Assembly: GCF_028641065.1 (NCBI RefSeq)
Contig: NC_073382.1
Span: 28,458,001-28,522,000 of the forward strand
Length of the DNA: 64,000 bases
From: Leucoraja erinacea
Taxonomy: Eukaryota
Direction: 5' to 3'
Part shown: positions 61,720 through 64,000 of the stretch, one piece after another
Position numbering within the stretch: the stretch's first letter is position 1
Layout of the letters: every line of letters starts with the position of its first letter
Made by a program: the position numbers and the translations under genes
Notes under the pieces: generated by a model
The model's database searches: none
Told to the model about the DNA's origin: nothing
What the model saw: the letters and a program-made list of their open reading frames with translations, nothing else

Positions 61720-63960
61720 TAGAAAATAAGATGGACTTAAGGGCAAGACTAGTTTACATGAGCAAATGCTGAGTATTCTGTTTCACAGAGACACATCTGA
61801 TCTTTGGCTCTCCAGAGCCCAGCCCAAAGGTTTTTTGAGCCATTGCATGAACCAAACAGCATAATCAGGGAAAGGGAGAGGCAGTAATCTCTGCCGCATG
61901 GTAAACTCTTTGTGGGTTCTCAGATGTAGAGGTCTTGTCCAACTCCTGCCCCGCACACCTGGAACATCTAGCAGTGAAGTGCCGTCCCTTTTATTACCAA
62001 TGGGAATTCACCTCCATCATGATGATTGTGGTTTAGATCCCACCCTAGGCTGGTGTTCAGCTAGCACTAGAAGAGCTGCACGCTCACCAAATACCAGATG
62101 GCGTACCCGGCTTGCCTTTTCCTCTCGCAAGAGGGGATTTCATCAGGGATAGTTTGAAGATGTCACTACCAAACCACCTCCAGCCAGTTTCCAGCAGCGC
62201 CAGGGGATCAAATGCTCTCGACCATTGCTACTGCACCATCAATGATGCCCATTTCCTCATCTCTCGGCCACACTTTGGAAAATCAGACGACCTGGGAAGC
62301 AACTGAAAAGTTGAATTCCAGAGGTGAGTATTGTACAGAACTTGTCAGGGGTGGAAGAGGAATTATTTTACAACATGTTGACATCGGTTGACTGCACAGT
62401 GTTCAAGGACCCGGCAATAGACTTTAACAAATACACTGCAGTTGATACTGACTTCATGAGCAAAAGTGAGGAGGAGTATATTTTCACTTAGAACATCTGA
62501 ATGTTCCCTAACCAGAAGTACTGGGAGAACATGGAGTTCTGCAATCTACTGAGGGTCAGATCTCGGGCATTCAGGCCTGGCTCTACATAAGAAGTACTGT
62601 TATGATGTGGATGAGGCCATTAGGGAAGGAAAGAGACACTTTAAGTCTAAACTGCAGGGTTAGATGAATACTTGGCAGCTGTGACAAGGCTTGCACTCCA
62701 TTAACTTCCATGAGACTATACCAATTAGTATCTCAAGAGACAGAATTGTATCACTCCTGATTGAACTCAATGCTTTCTATGCTCACTTCAAAAGGGAGAA
62801 CATTTAAGTACCCTTTCAGGCCCCCACAGCCTTCGATGACATTGTAATCTTAGTCATCGTGGCCAAATGTCAGACATCCTTCATGAGGATGAACCCTCGG
62901 AATGTGTCCAGCCCCGGTTGTGTATGTGGCCACGTTCTTAAAACCTGCATAGACCAACTGTTTGGAGTTTATGCAGACATCTTCAACCTCTTACTACCGA
63001 GGTCCGAGATCCGCACCTGCATTAAAAGGACATCCATAATACCAATGCCCAAGAAAAACAAGATGACCTGCTTCACTGAACACTGACATCTACGGTGGTG
63101 AAGTGCTTTCAGAAATTGCTTGTGACCATATCAAATCCCGCCTTAGTTAGGACCTAGACCCACTACAATTCAACAAGCACCACAGCAGATCAATATGGGA
63201 TGTGATCCCACTGGCTCTCAATTCTACACTGGGCTGCTTGGATAACAAAACCACTTGAGTAATGCTGTTGTTCATTGACTACAGCTTATTGCTCAACAGA
63301 ATCATACCCTCTACACTAAGCATCAAACTCAGAGAACTGGGTGTCTGCTCTTCTGATGGAATTGGGTCTTCAAATTCCTCATTGGCAGACCATAATGAGT
63401 ACGAATTGGCAACAACATTTCTACCTCGGTAACCATCAACATAGGATCACCTCAAAGCAATGTGGTCAAACCCCTTTTACAATCTCTCTACACCCATTAC
63501 TGTGTAGGCGGACACAGCTTTAACACTATCTTTATATTCGCTGACAATACCACTGTTGTTGGGTGAATAACAGGTAAAGATGGGTCAAAGCACAATTCTG
63601 ATTGAATGGTACCAGAACACAATCTTGTTCTCAGTGTTAGCATGACCGAGAATAATTCATAGTTATAGTTTCATAGAGCATAGAAACAGGCCCTTCGGCC
63701 CAACTTGCCCAACATTATGGGTACTAACCTCTCTACCATTGAAGGGATTTACAGGAGGCACTGCCTCAAAAACGCAGCTAGTGTCATTAAAGATCCACAT
63801 CACCGTTGCTATGCTCTCATCTTGCTACTACCATCAAGAAGAAGGAGCCTGAATACCATGCCCTCTTGGTTCAAGAACAGCTTCTTGACAGCAACGATCA
63901 GGCTCTTGAACACTGCACAATACTAACCACAACTCAACCTCAGCATTTATGATCTACTGT
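61720..63960 (+). mobile_element. long decayed Rex1/Babar LINE (endonuclease to C-terminus)
   Basis: NALDHCY, PHFGKSDD, IFNLLL...IIPMPKK, DLDPLQF, FADNTTVVG, IKDPHH...LLPSRR...FKNSF remnants. Confidence 0.8.
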
Positions 63961-64000
63961 TGGCTTTACTTTGGTTGCACTATACACTTCAGTATTCACT

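Overview
Eukaryotic, AT-rich, repeat-dense genomic DNA. It is probably from a cartilaginous fish (skate/ray-like), inferred from HE1-type V-SINEs with CR1/HER1-like LINEs and abundant Rex1/Babar LINEs. No host protein-coding exon could be supported, so the window reads as a large intron or gene desert; every recognisable ORF is a transposon remnant. Content: many 5'-truncated CR1 and Rex1/Babar LINEs, one young 5'-truncated L1 with TSD, HE1-like SINEs, Penelope-like (PLE) fragments, PIF/Harbinger elements and MITEs, Helitron-like elements, two CpG-rich L2-tailed elements and a decayed tRNA-Phe gene. The main signals are RNA-structural. (1) A 134-bp TSD-flanked mini-retroposon (21523-21656) whose first 54 nt fold into a minimal HDV-like ribozyme starting exactly at the insertion boundary. 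(2) More than ten PLE-derived short inserts, most retaining a minimal type-I hammerhead core, often as inverted pairs. Also notable are a head-to-tail Helitron array and an internally deleted Harbinger with a spliced MADF gene. All calls were made by eye; boundaries without TSD/TIR support are approximate.
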